NCBI GenBank assembly: GCA_030620995.1
Contig: JAUXIK010000001.1
Location: 65,796-129,795, forward strand
From: Candidatus Aegiribacteria sp.
Lineage (GTDB): Bacteria > Fermentibacterota > Fermentibacteria > Fermentibacterales > JCC-6
DNA: 64,000 nt
Direction: 5' to 3'
Made by a program: the position numbers and the translations under genes. The stretch's first letter is position 1. Each line of letters starts with the position of its first letter. The notes beneath the pieces are model-generated. The model was not told the origin of the DNA, searched no databases, and saw only the letters and a list, made by a program, of their open reading frames with translations. Below, one piece after another: positions 28,503 through 37,194 of this stretch.

Positions 28503-29545
28503 TATTCACCCGATTCCTTTCCCTCTTCCTGAGCTTCCTTCGGCTTTTCGTTGACTGAAGCTGTATCCGTTGATGTATCTACAACAGTTTCTTCTGCCGC
28601 AGTCTTCTTTTCAGTCTTCCTTGCCGTAGTTTTCTTTGCAGGTGTGTCTGCTGTCTTCTTCTCAGGTTTTGCAGCAGTTGTTTTCTTCTCCGGTTTTGCA
28701 GCAGCTGTCTTCTTCTCAGGTTTAGCAACAGTTGTTTTCTTCTCAGGTTTGGCAGCAGCTGTTTTCTTCTCCGGTTTGGCAGCAGCTGTCTTCTTCTCAG
28801 GTTCAACGGCATCCGTGATGTCATCCGTCGGGATCAGTTTCTCCATTGAAGTATCAGGAGCAGCCCCTTCAGCACCAAGAAGGACGTGATCGGCCAGAGT
28901 GCCTATGATCAGCGAAATAGATTTGATTGCATCATCGTTTCCCGGAATAGGATAATCAACTTCCGTCGGATCACAATTCGTATCAACCATTCCGATACAG
29001 GGAATATTAAGTTTCCTTGCTTCACGAACGGCGATCTGCTCCTTCTTGATATCGACAACCACAACTGCTCCAGGCAGCTTTTTCATGTGACGAATACCTG
29101 AAAGATCCTTCTCCAGTTTTTCCCTTTTCCTTCTTTTTTGAAGAATCTCCTTTTTTGTCATGCTTGCAGGAAACCCATCCTTCTCAGCTTTTTCAAGCTC
29201 AATCAGAGTTTCAATGCCTTTGGAAATGGTCTTGAAATTGGTGAGCATGCCGCCCATCCATCTTTCAGTGACATAGTACTGACCACATCTGATGGCGTGC
29301 TCCTTCAGGCATTCCCTACCCTGCTTCTTGGTGGCAACGAAAAGAACGCTTTTCCCGGACGCGACAGTTCTGGCAATCAGATTGGAGGCATCCTCCAGAA
29401 GAGCTCTGGACTTTTTGAGATCAATGATATGAATGCCATTTCGAGCCATGAAGATGTAATTCCGCATCTTCGGGTTCCATCGGCTTTTCTGGTGACCGAA
29501 GTGAATTCCGGCTTCCAGCATTTCCTGCATGGAAGGTATTTCCAT
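28502..29545 (-). CDS. rpsB: 30S ribosomal protein S2 with a roughly 110-aa Lys/Ala/Thr-rich repeat tail
   Basis: The N-terminal 235 aa are canonical S2 (MLEAGIHFGHQKSRWNPKM). The C-terminus carries KPEKKTAAA-type repeats. Confidence 0.95.
   Translation of the reverse strand: MEIPSMQEMLEAGIHFGHQKSRWNPKMRNYIFMARNGIHIIDLKKSRALLEDASNLIARTVASGKSVLFVATKKQGRECLKEHAIRCGQYYVTERWMGGMLTNFKTISKGIETLIELEKAEKDGFPASMTKKEILQKRRKREKLEKDLSGIRHMKKLPGAVVVVDIKKEQIAVREARKLNIPCIGMVDTNCDPTEVDYPIPGNDDAIKSISLIIGTLADHVLLGAEGAAPDTSMEKLIPTDDITDAVEPEKKTAAAKPEKKTAAAKPEKKTTVAKPEKKTAAAKPEKKTTAAKPEKKTADTPAKKTTARKTEKKTAAEETVVDTSTDTASVNEKPKEAQEEGKESGE
28651..28805. repeat. 27-nt tandem repeat, about 5.7 copies, inside the rpsB 3' region
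   Basis: The plus strand shows cttcttctcaggttttgcagcagttgtt-type units repeated head to tail. They encode (KPEKKTAAA)n on the minus strand. Confidence 0.9.
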
Positions 29546-29675
29546 TTAATTATCCTTTCGGTTATCCACCGGTCGGTTTGATCGAACCAATCTCCATATA
29601 CAGGAGACACCGAGGCCATCACCACCAACCGTGTGTGTTCAGATGAGACAGAAAGATATCAGGCACACCTGTGTT

Positions 29676-30062
29676 TTATCGTTTTGAGAACTGGAAGCGC
29701 TTTCTTGCTTTCGGCTGACCGTATTTCTTTCTCTCGACTATCCTCGGGTCTCGCCGAAGCATACCTTCCGATTTCAGCAAAGGTCTGAATTCGGGATCTA
29801 TCGTAACCAGAGCTCTTGCTATTCCGAGTCTGATTGCACCGGCCTGTCCGGTAATTCCTCCACCGTGAACATTTACAAGCAGATCGTACTTGTTCGATAC
29901 TCCAACTGTTTCAAGCGGCTCAAATGCATGCTCGAACTGCCTGCGAAGGTTGAAATACTCTCCTGGATCTCTTTGGTTAACCTTAATCTTACCGTTTCCA
30001 GGCTTCAGATAGCACCTTGCAGTTGCTCTTTTCCGTCTTCCTACACCTATGTACTGCTTCAT
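29676..30062 (-). CDS. rpsI: 30S ribosomal protein S9
   Basis: 128 aa ending in KARKRFQFSKR, with a GGGITGQAGAIRLGIARAL core. Confidence 0.95.
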   Translation of the reverse strand: MKQYIGVGRRKRATARCYLKPGNGKIKVNQRDPGEYFNLRRQFEHAFEPLETVGVSNKYDLLVNVHGGGITGQAGAIRLGIARALVTIDPEFRPLLKSEGMLRRDPRIVERKKYGQPKARKRFQFSKR

Positions 30063-30514
30063 CTCACCTCCCTGGAAACATTAATTTCAAGAACCTGTGG
30101 TTCCTGAGCTTCATGCGGGTGTTCATTTCCCGCATATATCTTCAGCTTTCTGATCTGCTTTCGAGCAAGTCTGTTCTTTGGCAGCATTCCCCGAACAGCT
30201 TTTCTGAGAATTCTGTCAGGATGCTTATCAAGCAGTTCTATCATCCGAGTAACCTTCCTGCCGCCAGGATATCCTGTATGACGATGGTACTCTTTCTGCT
30301 CGAGCTTTCTACCCGTAAACCGCATTTTCTCAACATTTGTTACAATAATGAAATCACCGGTATCGATATGCGGAGTATATACCGGCTTGTTTTTGCCCTG
30401 AAGTATCATGGCAATTGTCGAGGCCAATCTTCCAGGAGAGTGTCCCGCGGCATCAACCAGCCACCATTTTCTCTCAATTTCTCCGGTCTTGGCCGAATAG
30501 GTCTTCACTTTCAT
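30059..30514 (-). CDS. rplM: 50S ribosomal protein L13
   Basis: The start is re-called to the ATG at 30514 (MKVKTYSAKTGEIERKWWLVDA), which has GGAGG 5 nt upstream. It overlaps rpsI by 4 nt. Confidence 0.95.
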   Translation of the reverse strand: MKVKTYSAKTGEIERKWWLVDAAGHSPGRLASTIAMILQGKNKPVYTPHIDTGDFIIVTNVEKMRFTGRKLEQKEYHRHTGYPGGRKVTRMIELLDKHPDRILRKAVRGMLPKNRLARKQIRKLKIYAGNEHPHEAQEPQVLEINVSREVR

Positions 30515-30759
30515 GAACCTCCATTGATCAAGCAAACTTCCTAAACCAGTACTGTTGCACCGGCTTTTTCAGTATTCCCTTAAAAGAATATTACTGGAAC
30601 ACACTTACTTACAAGAATTGCCTTCCACTTATCCGAAAGCTGCACTATCCCTGAAAGTCCTGCTTTCCAGATAACTCCCGCAACGCCGGAGGATATTATC
30701 GGATGCAAAACTGCCGAAGGGAACAGGTAAACTGCTTGAATTCAGTGAAAAAGTCAAGG

Positions 30760-31602
30760 TCAGAAGATGTACTCATTCTCTATAATCCCGGTTATTTCTT
30801 CAAGCAGCTCACGTCTTCGAGCCGAGTTATAGGTTCTGGCAGCTTTTGAGCCGCCGTAGATATTCCCGCCGTAGAAAGAAAGGCTCAGCCATCCGAGAAG
30901 GACAGATGTGGTTGTATTCTCTTCCCGCAGTGATTCGTAGAACAGGTAGCCCATTAATCCATTAACTCCAAGCGCGATCACTCCATCCGTGAAATGTCCG
31001 CATATCATCTGTCCGGACCCTGGTAATACCGCGCTGGACAATCCGCACCAGAAAGGACTTCGAACAGGCAGAGAAGAACCTCTGGAGACAATTTCGGCAA
31101 GTTGTTCCGCTCCTGAAGCAAACGGTCCTCCGGAAGATGATATTCTTGAAAGCTCTTCTGCCGAACTGTCCCATCTTCCCATTCTTGCGTACATAAGCCC
31201 TGCCATGATGTCTGCTCTGTTCTTAATTTCAATATCTACCGCAGTACGAACAGCATCGACATACGCAAGCCTTGCCGAAGTGAATTCGCCGATTTCCTCC
31301 AATACGGCTCCTGCTCCCATGAGAGCGCCCGCCCGCATATCCCGATCAGGCAGATTTGCTCCAAGAAAAGTATAGAGAAACAATGCGTCGCTGAAACGGT
31401 CAAGTTCCCGCAGGCATCCGGCCAGCCGGAGTGAAACCAGAGGGCAGGAGATAGTGTCAGCATCATTAGCATAAATAATTCTGAGATATTCACCTGCAGC
31501 CAGCTCGTATTCTCCGCTTGAGTACAGAAAATCGGCATAGCCTGAGTCAGGAGATGAATTTGGAAATACTGTCAGAATGGCAGCAAGAATTGTCCCCAGC
31601 AT
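30760..31602 (-). CDS. hypothetical protein, TPR-like N-terminal half and C-terminal two-TM module
   Basis: 280 aa. The C-terminal LPGSGQMICGHFTDGVIALGVNGLMGYLFY ... LLGWLSLSFYGGNIYGG is a membrane hairpin. No family was recognised. Confidence 0.6.
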   Translation of the reverse strand: MLGTILAAILTVFPNSSPDSGYADFLYSSGEYELAAGEYLRIIYANDADTISCPLVSLRLAGCLRELDRFSDALFLYTFLGANLPDRDMRAGALMGAGAVLEEIGEFTSARLAYVDAVRTAVDIEIKNRADIMAGLMYARMGRWDSSAEELSRISSSGGPFASGAEQLAEIVSRGSSLPVRSPFWCGLSSAVLPGSGQMICGHFTDGVIALGVNGLMGYLFYESLREENTTTSVLLGWLSLSFYGGNIYGGSKAARTYNSARRRELLEEITGIIENEYIF

Positions 31603-31991
31603 ATACTTTCCTCTCTATGATCTACCGGATCCGCTACAGTGTACATTCCCGCTTTCGGATAATCCCCATATCCAGGGGATGCCGGATGACATCTGGTCCA
31701 CCTTTCCAGGGCCATCATCAATCCTATGATAAATCCGTGCTTCTGCATCGATTCCTGGCCGTACTGTGAACAGCTGGGAGAAAATACACATTTTCTGCCC
31801 AGGAGGTCTCTGAAAACAGCCCTGTATTGAACAAAAAGCACATCACTGAGAGGATTTTCGATCTGATTTTCATTATTCATATCAACAGGATTACCCAATG
31901 CGCAGGAATGATTCGCATTATCCCCGGATAGCACGAACACGATAACAATCAGGCAGATAATCGAGATTCTCATGAAAATCCGTGTTCGCAT
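31572..31991 (-). CDS. YidD-like protein (membrane protein insertion efficiency factor family) with an N-terminal TM/signal extension
   Basis: 139 aa. It has the motif CVFSPSCSQYGQESMQKHGFIIGLMMALERWTRCHP, which matches the YidD signature C-x-F-x-P-x-C-S-x-Y ... R-C-H-P. Confidence 0.7.
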   Translation of the reverse strand: MRTRIFMRISIICLIVIVFVLSGDNANHSCALGNPVDMNNENQIENPLSDVLFVQYRAVFRDLLGRKCVFSPSCSQYGQESMQKHGFIIGLMMALERWTRCHPASPGYGDYPKAGMYTVADPVDHREESICWGQFLLPF

Positions 31992-32485
31992 ACGCTGTCA
32001 AGTCTGTCCAGGGAGCATGCTTTAACTCCGCCATTCCTGAAGACAGATATGATTTCATCATTCCAGACAGCCGGAACCACCCATAGTTCATATCCCTCCA
32101 GCAGAGCCGCTGCGGATCTGCCAACCAGTGACAGAGCTCTTTTCGAAGGAGGAATTCTTTCTGAAAACGACTGAGGGATCACAGCGATGTTGTCCTTATA
32201 AAATGGCAGAAACAGTGAAATTCCCGGCCAGGGCTGCAATCTGAGAGGGCGACTGAATCCGTGTTCCCTGAGTATCTCCCAGGTATACCTGTAGATATAC
32301 CTTGCCTTTCTTGAATCAAGCCGCTTCTCAAGCTGTAGGACGGACCTTCTCACTGCAGGGGGAGATGATGAAAGAACTTCTGCCATGACCGATGGAAGAT
32401 ACCGGGGAATCTCAGAAGCGGAATCAGGCTCGAGCATCCTTCTACCGAGTTCTGTCCAGAAAAAGAGGAACCACCGGTTCCTCAT
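31970..32485 (-). CDS. hypothetical protein
   Basis: 171 aa ORF that begins 1 nt after the recX stop and overlaps the yidD-like gene by 22 nt. No motifs were recognised. Confidence 0.5.
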   Translation of the reverse strand: MRNRWFLFFWTELGRRMLEPDSASEIPRYLPSVMAEVLSSSPPAVRRSVLQLEKRLDSRKARYIYRYTWEILREHGFSRPLRLQPWPGISLFLPFYKDNIAVIPQSFSERIPPSKRALSLVGRSAAALLEGYELWVVPAVWNDEIISVFRNGGVKACSLDRLDSVCEHGFS

Positions 32486-32486
32486 T

Positions 32487-33014
32487 TCAGGTCATCTCCT
32501 TATCATTAAACGCACTCTTCAACACCATCATGATAAGATCTGAGTTGAATCCTCTGCGCTTCAGGTAACCGGCTGCTCTTCGAAATGCCTTATCATGGTC
32601 AAGGTGGGCATATCTACTCTTCACAGTTCTGATCAGAACCTCAGACAACTCCCTGTCATCATGTTCCTCAAGAATACTATCTATGATCCTTTCTTTAATA
32701 CCCCTTCGCATGAGTTCAGCACGAATCCGGTATTCCCCCATTGGAGAGTTACCGGAATGGCTTCGCAGAAAAATGGATGCATATCTTTCATCGTCCACAA
32801 GATTGCTTCGCTTCGCCCACTCCAGAGTATCTTCAATGACTTGTTTGTGATATTGTCTTTCAAGAAGAAATTTTCTGAGCTGGCTGACTGTACGCTCGGA
32901 TTTCGCCAGGTGTCTCTCGGTGTCTTTTCTGGCTGCCGGTGCCTGTTTACGAATAGCAACTTCTTCAACAACAGCAACATCAATGTTCACATCAGATTCA
33001 AGCCCCATTCGCAC
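32487..33014 (-). CDS. recX: recombination regulator RecX
   Basis: 175 aa of three-helix repeat type (LVDDERYASIFLRS ...). It lies immediately downstream of recA. Confidence 0.85.
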   Translation of the reverse strand: MRMGLESDVNIDVAVVEEVAIRKQAPAARKDTERHLAKSERTVSQLRKFLLERQYHKQVIEDTLEWAKRSNLVDDERYASIFLRSHSGNSPMGEYRIRAELMRRGIKERIIDSILEEHDDRELSEVLIRTVKSRYAHLDHDKAFRRAAGYLKRRGFNSDLIMMVLKSAFNDKEMT

Positions 33015-33110
33015 GATGTGATCCTGCGGAAGCAGCCATGATCTTCCGCCTGCTGTTACAAGGAGCCAGCCCTTCCTGATCTGTCTGATCTCCTCTATGA
33101 GAGCCAGCCT

Positions 33111-34157
33111 CTACTCCTTCTTCTCTCCGGGTTCTTCCTGTGTATCCGCCTGTCCGGGTATTTCAAGTTTCTCTCTGATCTTCATTTCAAGGGAATCTGC
33201 AATATCAGGGTTTTCCTGAAGGAATATCCTGCTGTTCTCGCGTCCCTGTCCGAGTTGGATGTCCTCCATTGAATACCACGTTCCCCTTCGCGTAATAAAA
33301 CCGGCATCCATTCCCAGATCAATGAGCTCTCCATGTCTGGATATTCCGAAACCATGAAGGATATCGCATTCGATATTACGGAAAGGAGGAGCCAGCTTAT
33401 TCTTTACAACTTTTATCCTTGTGCGGCTCCCTATAACTTCATCGCCCTGCTTAAGAGACGCAATTCTTCTTACATCCAGACGTACACTGCTGTAAAATTT
33501 CAGTGCCCTGCCGCCGGTTGTAGTTTCAGGATTGCCGAACATCACGCCAATCTTCATCCGGATCTGGTTTATGAACACCACAGCGCAATTCGAGTGAGAC
33601 ACAGCACCTGTCAGTTTTCGGAGAGCCTGTGACATCAGCCGGGCCTGCAGACCTACATGGCTGTCACCCATCTCCCCTTCAATTTCAGCTCTGGGCACAA
33701 GCGCCGCAACAGAATCAATCACTATGACATCAACCGCATTACTTCTGACAAGCATTTCAGTTATTTCCAGTGCCTGCTCACCGTTTGAGGGCTGAGAGAC
33801 CAGAAGATCATCTACTATAACACCCAGTCTTTCAGCATAAGTGGGATCAAGAGCATGTTCAGCATCGATAAACGCAACCTCACCCCCGTTTTTTTGTGCA
33901 CTGGCAATGATATGAAGGGCGAGAGTTGTTTTTCCTGAAGCTTCAGCTCCATATATTTCCGTAACCCTTCCCCGGGGTATACCTCCTATTCCCAACGCGG
34001 CATCAAGAGCAATTGAACCTGTTGAGATTATGTCCACTTTCATGTGAGGGTGTTCACCCAGTCGCATGACCGCGCCCTGTCCAAATTGTTTCTGGATCTG
34101 GAGAAAAGCCGCTTTTAGAGCTTTCTCCTTCTCGGCAGATTTACGTTTTTCAGTCAT
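33111..34157 (-). CDS. recA: recombinase RecA
   Basis: 348 aa. It has Walker [13 protein letters not shown] and the [34 protein letters not shown] motifs. Confidence 0.97.
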   Translation of the reverse strand: MTEKRKSAEKEKALKAAFLQIQKQFGQGAVMRLGEHPHMKVDIISTGSIALDAALGIGGIPRGRVTEIYGAEASGKTTLALHIIASAQKNGGEVAFIDAEHALDPTYAERLGVIVDDLLVSQPSNGEQALEITEMLVRSNAVDVIVIDSVAALVPRAEIEGEMGDSHVGLQARLMSQALRKLTGAVSHSNCAVVFINQIRMKIGVMFGNPETTTGGRALKFYSSVRLDVRRIASLKQGDEVIGSRTRIKVVKNKLAPPFRNIECDILHGFGISRHGELIDLGMDAGFITRRGTWYSMEDIQLGQGRENSRIFLQENPDIADSLEMKIREKLEIPGQADTQEEPGEKKE

Positions 34158-34701
34158 TGAAACACCTTTCTGCTAAATGAAAATCGAATCTTTTCAGTCT
34201 GCTGTACTCAGGCCCGGCCGGAGTTAGTCTGCTGTTGAATATAACTGCTTCATGGAATACTCCCTGCATCAACGGTGGTTCCGGAAGTTGCGGTGATGCG
34301 GATGACATTCTGCGTCTGGCAATCGTTATATGCGGAAGATATTGCTTTCTGCTGATCCTGCCTTTATCGTCCGGAATTTTTCCGAGTTCTTCTGCAAGAT
34401 ATGATATTTCAGATGGAAAGCTACCTCCAAGCCAGTATACGAATGGAAGTTGATCCTTACCACAAAAAGTTCCAAGTTTATCAAGTGTGAATTCCAGTGA
34501 TCCTATTTGTCTGGAAGACAGCATTTTCTCAACTTCAATCATTCTGTTTCTTTTTATGTCTCCAAAGAATCTGAGAGTCAAGTGCATGTGCTCAGGTTTG
34601 ACCCATTTGAGTGAAGGATGAAGAGACACTAATTGTTCCTGCCAGCCTTGAATTTCCCTGATAATATGTTCGGGCAGCTCAAGCGCTACGAATATCCTCA
34701 T
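34150..34701 (-). CDS. thpR: RNA 2',3'-cyclic phosphodiesterase (2H family, ThpR/LigT)
   Basis: 183 aa with two H-x-T/S-x motifs: HLTLRF and HITIAR. Confidence 0.85.
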   Translation of the reverse strand: MRIFVALELPEHIIREIQGWQEQLVSLHPSLKWVKPEHMHLTLRFFGDIKRNRMIEVEKMLSSRQIGSLEFTLDKLGTFCGKDQLPFVYWLGGSFPSEISYLAEELGKIPDDKGRISRKQYLPHITIARRRMSSASPQLPEPPLMQGVFHEAVIFNSRLTPAGPEYSRLKRFDFHLAERCFND

Positions 34702-35213
34702 TTTCCATCTTCTCGTAATCTCGAATACAACATCGAAAGAAGATAGCTTGCCGATGCCTTTCTGACCGCTTCTCTCGAATGTGAATTGGAGAAATGCTTC
34801 ATCACTGTTGTGCAGGATCTGCCACTATCGACTGCCATGCAGACAGTTCCTACCGGCTTTTCGAGTGTTCCACCTGTCGGACCCGCGATTCCGGATACGG
34901 AAAGTGAATAGTCAGTTCCGGTAAGGCTTCGAATACCGCCGGCCATGGCAGCGACCACCTCAATGCTTACAGCGCCATACTCCTGAATCATTTCTGAGGG
35001 CACACCGAGCAGATCTGTTTTTATCCTGTCCGCATAAGCTATGACTCCGCCCGCGAACCATTTTGATGAACCGGGTTCGGAAGTAAGCAGCATTCCTACG
35101 AGTCCTCCGGTGCAGGATTCAGCAACTGAGAGCGTCTGTTCATTCTGCCGCAGAATGGCACCGATCTTACCCACCAGAATTTTGTCAGACAATTCCATGG
35201 AGTTGACTTCCAA
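34698..35213 (-). CDS. pncC: nicotinamide-nucleotide amidohydrolase (CinA C-terminal domain only)
   Basis: 171 aa. It has LSVAESCTGGLVG and SVSGIAGPTGG motifs. Confidence 0.88.
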   Translation of the reverse strand: MEVNSMELSDKILVGKIGAILRQNEQTLSVAESCTGGLVGMLLTSEPGSSKWFAGGVIAYADRIKTDLLGVPSEMIQEYGAVSIEVVAAMAGGIRSLTGTDYSLSVSGIAGPTGGTLEKPVGTVCMAVDSGRSCTTVMKHFSNSHSREAVRKASASYLLSMLYSRLREDGK

Positions 35214-35652
35214 TAAAGATGATAATTGCTGATATTACGCCGGCAGCAACATCATCGAGCAGTATCCCAGCCGGAGATTTCATTCTGTCAAATACTGATA
35301 CCGGCCATGGCTTCAGAATATCGAATACTCGGAACAGAATAAAAGCAACTGCAATTCCGGTAATGCCCCATGAACCGGGAACCGCAAGGCATGCAATCCA
35401 GCACCCGGCAAATTCATCAATCACCACCCGCGAAGGGTCGTCGCCCCATAATCTCTGGCCTATTGAGCCACTCCAGTATCCAATCGGAAGGATAACTGCA
35501 AGAACAAGTAAATGGAGAGAATTTCCAGCTGGAATCAAGAAGAACACTATCGCGGATATGAGACTTCCAGCAGTTCCGGGAGCAACCGGGAAATACCCTG
35601 CTCCAAAGACTGTCGCAATAGCTGTTCCAGTATACCGGGCCAGAGGTTTCAC
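35185..35652 (-). CDS. pgpA: phosphatidylglycerophosphatase A
   Basis: 155 aa. It has FGAGYFPVAPGTAGS and DDPSRVVIDE(F)AG motifs. Confidence 0.88.
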   Translation of the reverse strand: MKPLARYTGTAIATVFGAGYFPVAPGTAGSLISAIVFFLIPAGNSLHLLVLAVILPIGYWSGSIGQRLWGDDPSRVVIDEFAGCWIACLAVPGSWGITGIAVAFILFRVFDILKPWPVSVFDRMKSPAGILLDDVAAGVISAIIIFIGSQLHGIV

Positions 35653-36266
35653 AGTACCAGTCGCCGGAGAATAGACCTGTTTCTCCAGAAATAATCTACT
35701 CCGGAGATTATGGAGAGAAATACAGCGATGAGCAGCAGGATGTCAGCAGATAAAAGCAGGAGGTTTTTGATGGATAATAAAGATTCGGGATCAGTAAAGG
35801 ATAGAAATGCTCCTCTCTCAATATGTGATCCATAATATAGAACTGAAAACAGCAGATAACAGAACATGGACAACATTTGAGATAAAGTCTTGTATTTGCC
35901 CATTCGCGATGGCAGAATAAGCACTCCTGCATATGCTGCTATTGCTCTGAGCCCTGTAACCAGAAGCTCCCGGCCTATTATCAGGTATAGAGCCCACGCA
36001 GGCACAAGATCAATCTGATTGAGACCTATAAGCGCAAGAGCTACCAGCAGTTTGTCTGCCAGAGGGTCCAGAAATTTCCCGAGGTTCGTTATCCAGCCGT
36101 ATTTCCTTGCGAGGTATCCATCGTAAAGATCGGTGAGAGATGCAAAAGCAAAGACTCCAAGAGCAGCTATACGTGATCCCTTTCTGTTATCAATAAGAAG
36201 AATCATGAATAAAGGGCTAAGAAGAATTCTGAGAAGGGATATCCGGTTGGGCCAGTTCAACTGCAA
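35649..36266 (-). CDS. pgsA: CDP-diacylglycerol--glycerol-3-phosphate 3-phosphatidyltransferase
   Basis: 205 aa with the CDP-alcohol phosphotransferase motif DLYDGYLARKYGWITNLGKFLDPLADK. Confidence 0.9.
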   Translation of the reverse strand: MQLNWPNRISLLRILLSPLFMILLIDNRKGSRIAALGVFAFASLTDLYDGYLARKYGWITNLGKFLDPLADKLLVALALIGLNQIDLVPAWALYLIIGRELLVTGLRAIAAYAGVLILPSRMGKYKTLSQMLSMFCYLLFSVLYYGSHIERGAFLSFTDPESLLSIKNLLLLSADILLLIAVFLSIISGVDYFWRNRSILRRLVL

Positions 36267-36269
36267 CTG

Positions 36270-36857
36270 TCAAACCTTCTGTCTGCCCTCAAACGCCTGC
36301 ATAAGCGTAAGAGAATCAGCAAATTCCACAGAAGCTCCAGGTGGAAGACCTCTGGCAAGTCGAGTAATCTGAATACCGGTTTTTTCAAGAGTCCTGGCAA
36401 GATAGGCTGATGTTGCTTCTCCGTCAGCTGTGGAGTCCAGCGCCAGAATAATCTCATCGGCTTCAGAACTCTCTATCATTTTCCTCAATTTGCTGATACC
36501 AAGCTCATCAGGTCCCGTTCCATCCAGGGGAGCAAGAAATCCATGCAATACGAAATACTTGCCCCTGTAAAGCCCGGCGTCTTCAATTGTACGCATATCA
36601 GCTGGATTGTGAACTATACATATTGAATCATGACGAGAGGTGCTTGAGCAGATATCACATACTTCATTCTCCGTGATATTTCTACAGACCTGACACTCTC
36701 CAACTTCTTCCCATGTCAGTTTCAGAATATCTGAAAGATCCTTCGCAAACTCCTTGTTATCCGCAAGATTGAATGCAAGCCTTAAAGCGGTTTTTCTGCC
36801 GATACCGGGTAATCTCTGGAGCTGCTCGGCGAGCCTGTCGAAAAGCACAGAGCTCAC
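36270..36857 (-). CDS. recR: recombination protein RecR
   Basis: 195 aa. It has LPGIGRKTA (HhH), the C4 zinc finger CQVCRNITENEVCDIC and a Toprim domain. Confidence 0.95.
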   Translation of the reverse strand: MSSVLFDRLAEQLQRLPGIGRKTALRLAFNLADNKEFAKDLSDILKLTWEEVGECQVCRNITENEVCDICSSTSRHDSICIVHNPADMRTIEDAGLYRGKYFVLHGFLAPLDGTGPDELGISKLRKMIESSEADEIILALDSTADGEATSAYLARTLEKTGIQITRLARGLPPGASVEFADSLTLMQAFEGRQKV

Positions 36858-37168
36858 ATCATCCCCCCGATTCCCGGTATTCCCAGGGCATCCATCTTGC
36901 TTTTTGACAGCCTCTGGCTCTCGGATACAGCATTTTTTACCGCAACGAGAATAAGATCCTCCAGCATTTCAATATCATCAGGATCAACTGCGTCCTTTGA
37001 TATATTGAGTTCAACCAGTTCACCCTGTCCGGTAACTACTGCTTTGACAAGACCATCTGCAGCGGTACCTTCTATTCTGGCATCTTCAAGCTCCTCCTGA
37101 ATTTTCTGCATGCCGTTCTGCATTTTCTGAGCTTGAGCCATCATTTTCCTGAGTTGTTTCTGATCCAT
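36854..37168 (-). CDS. ybaB: nucleoid-associated protein YbaB/EbfC
   Basis: The start is re-called to the ATG at 37168 (MDQKQLRKMMAQAQKMQ), which has a GGAGGA SD. It lies within the dnaX-ybaB-recR synteny. Confidence 0.9.
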   Translation of the reverse strand: MDQKQLRKMMAQAQKMQNGMQKIQEELEDARIEGTAADGLVKAVVTGQGELVELNISKDAVDPDDIEMLEDLILVAVKNAVSESQRLSKSKMDALGIPGIGGMM

Positions 37169-37194
37169 TAATCCTCCTGCATGCTCCAGACAGA

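Noticed and set aside
28551-28889. Repeat-rich ORFs on both strands (AAVFFSGL... and RRKQLLPN...).
   Set aside because: They are alternative-frame or antisense readings of the 27-nt tandem repeat inside the rpsB tail. The S2 frame is continuous with a canonical S2 core.
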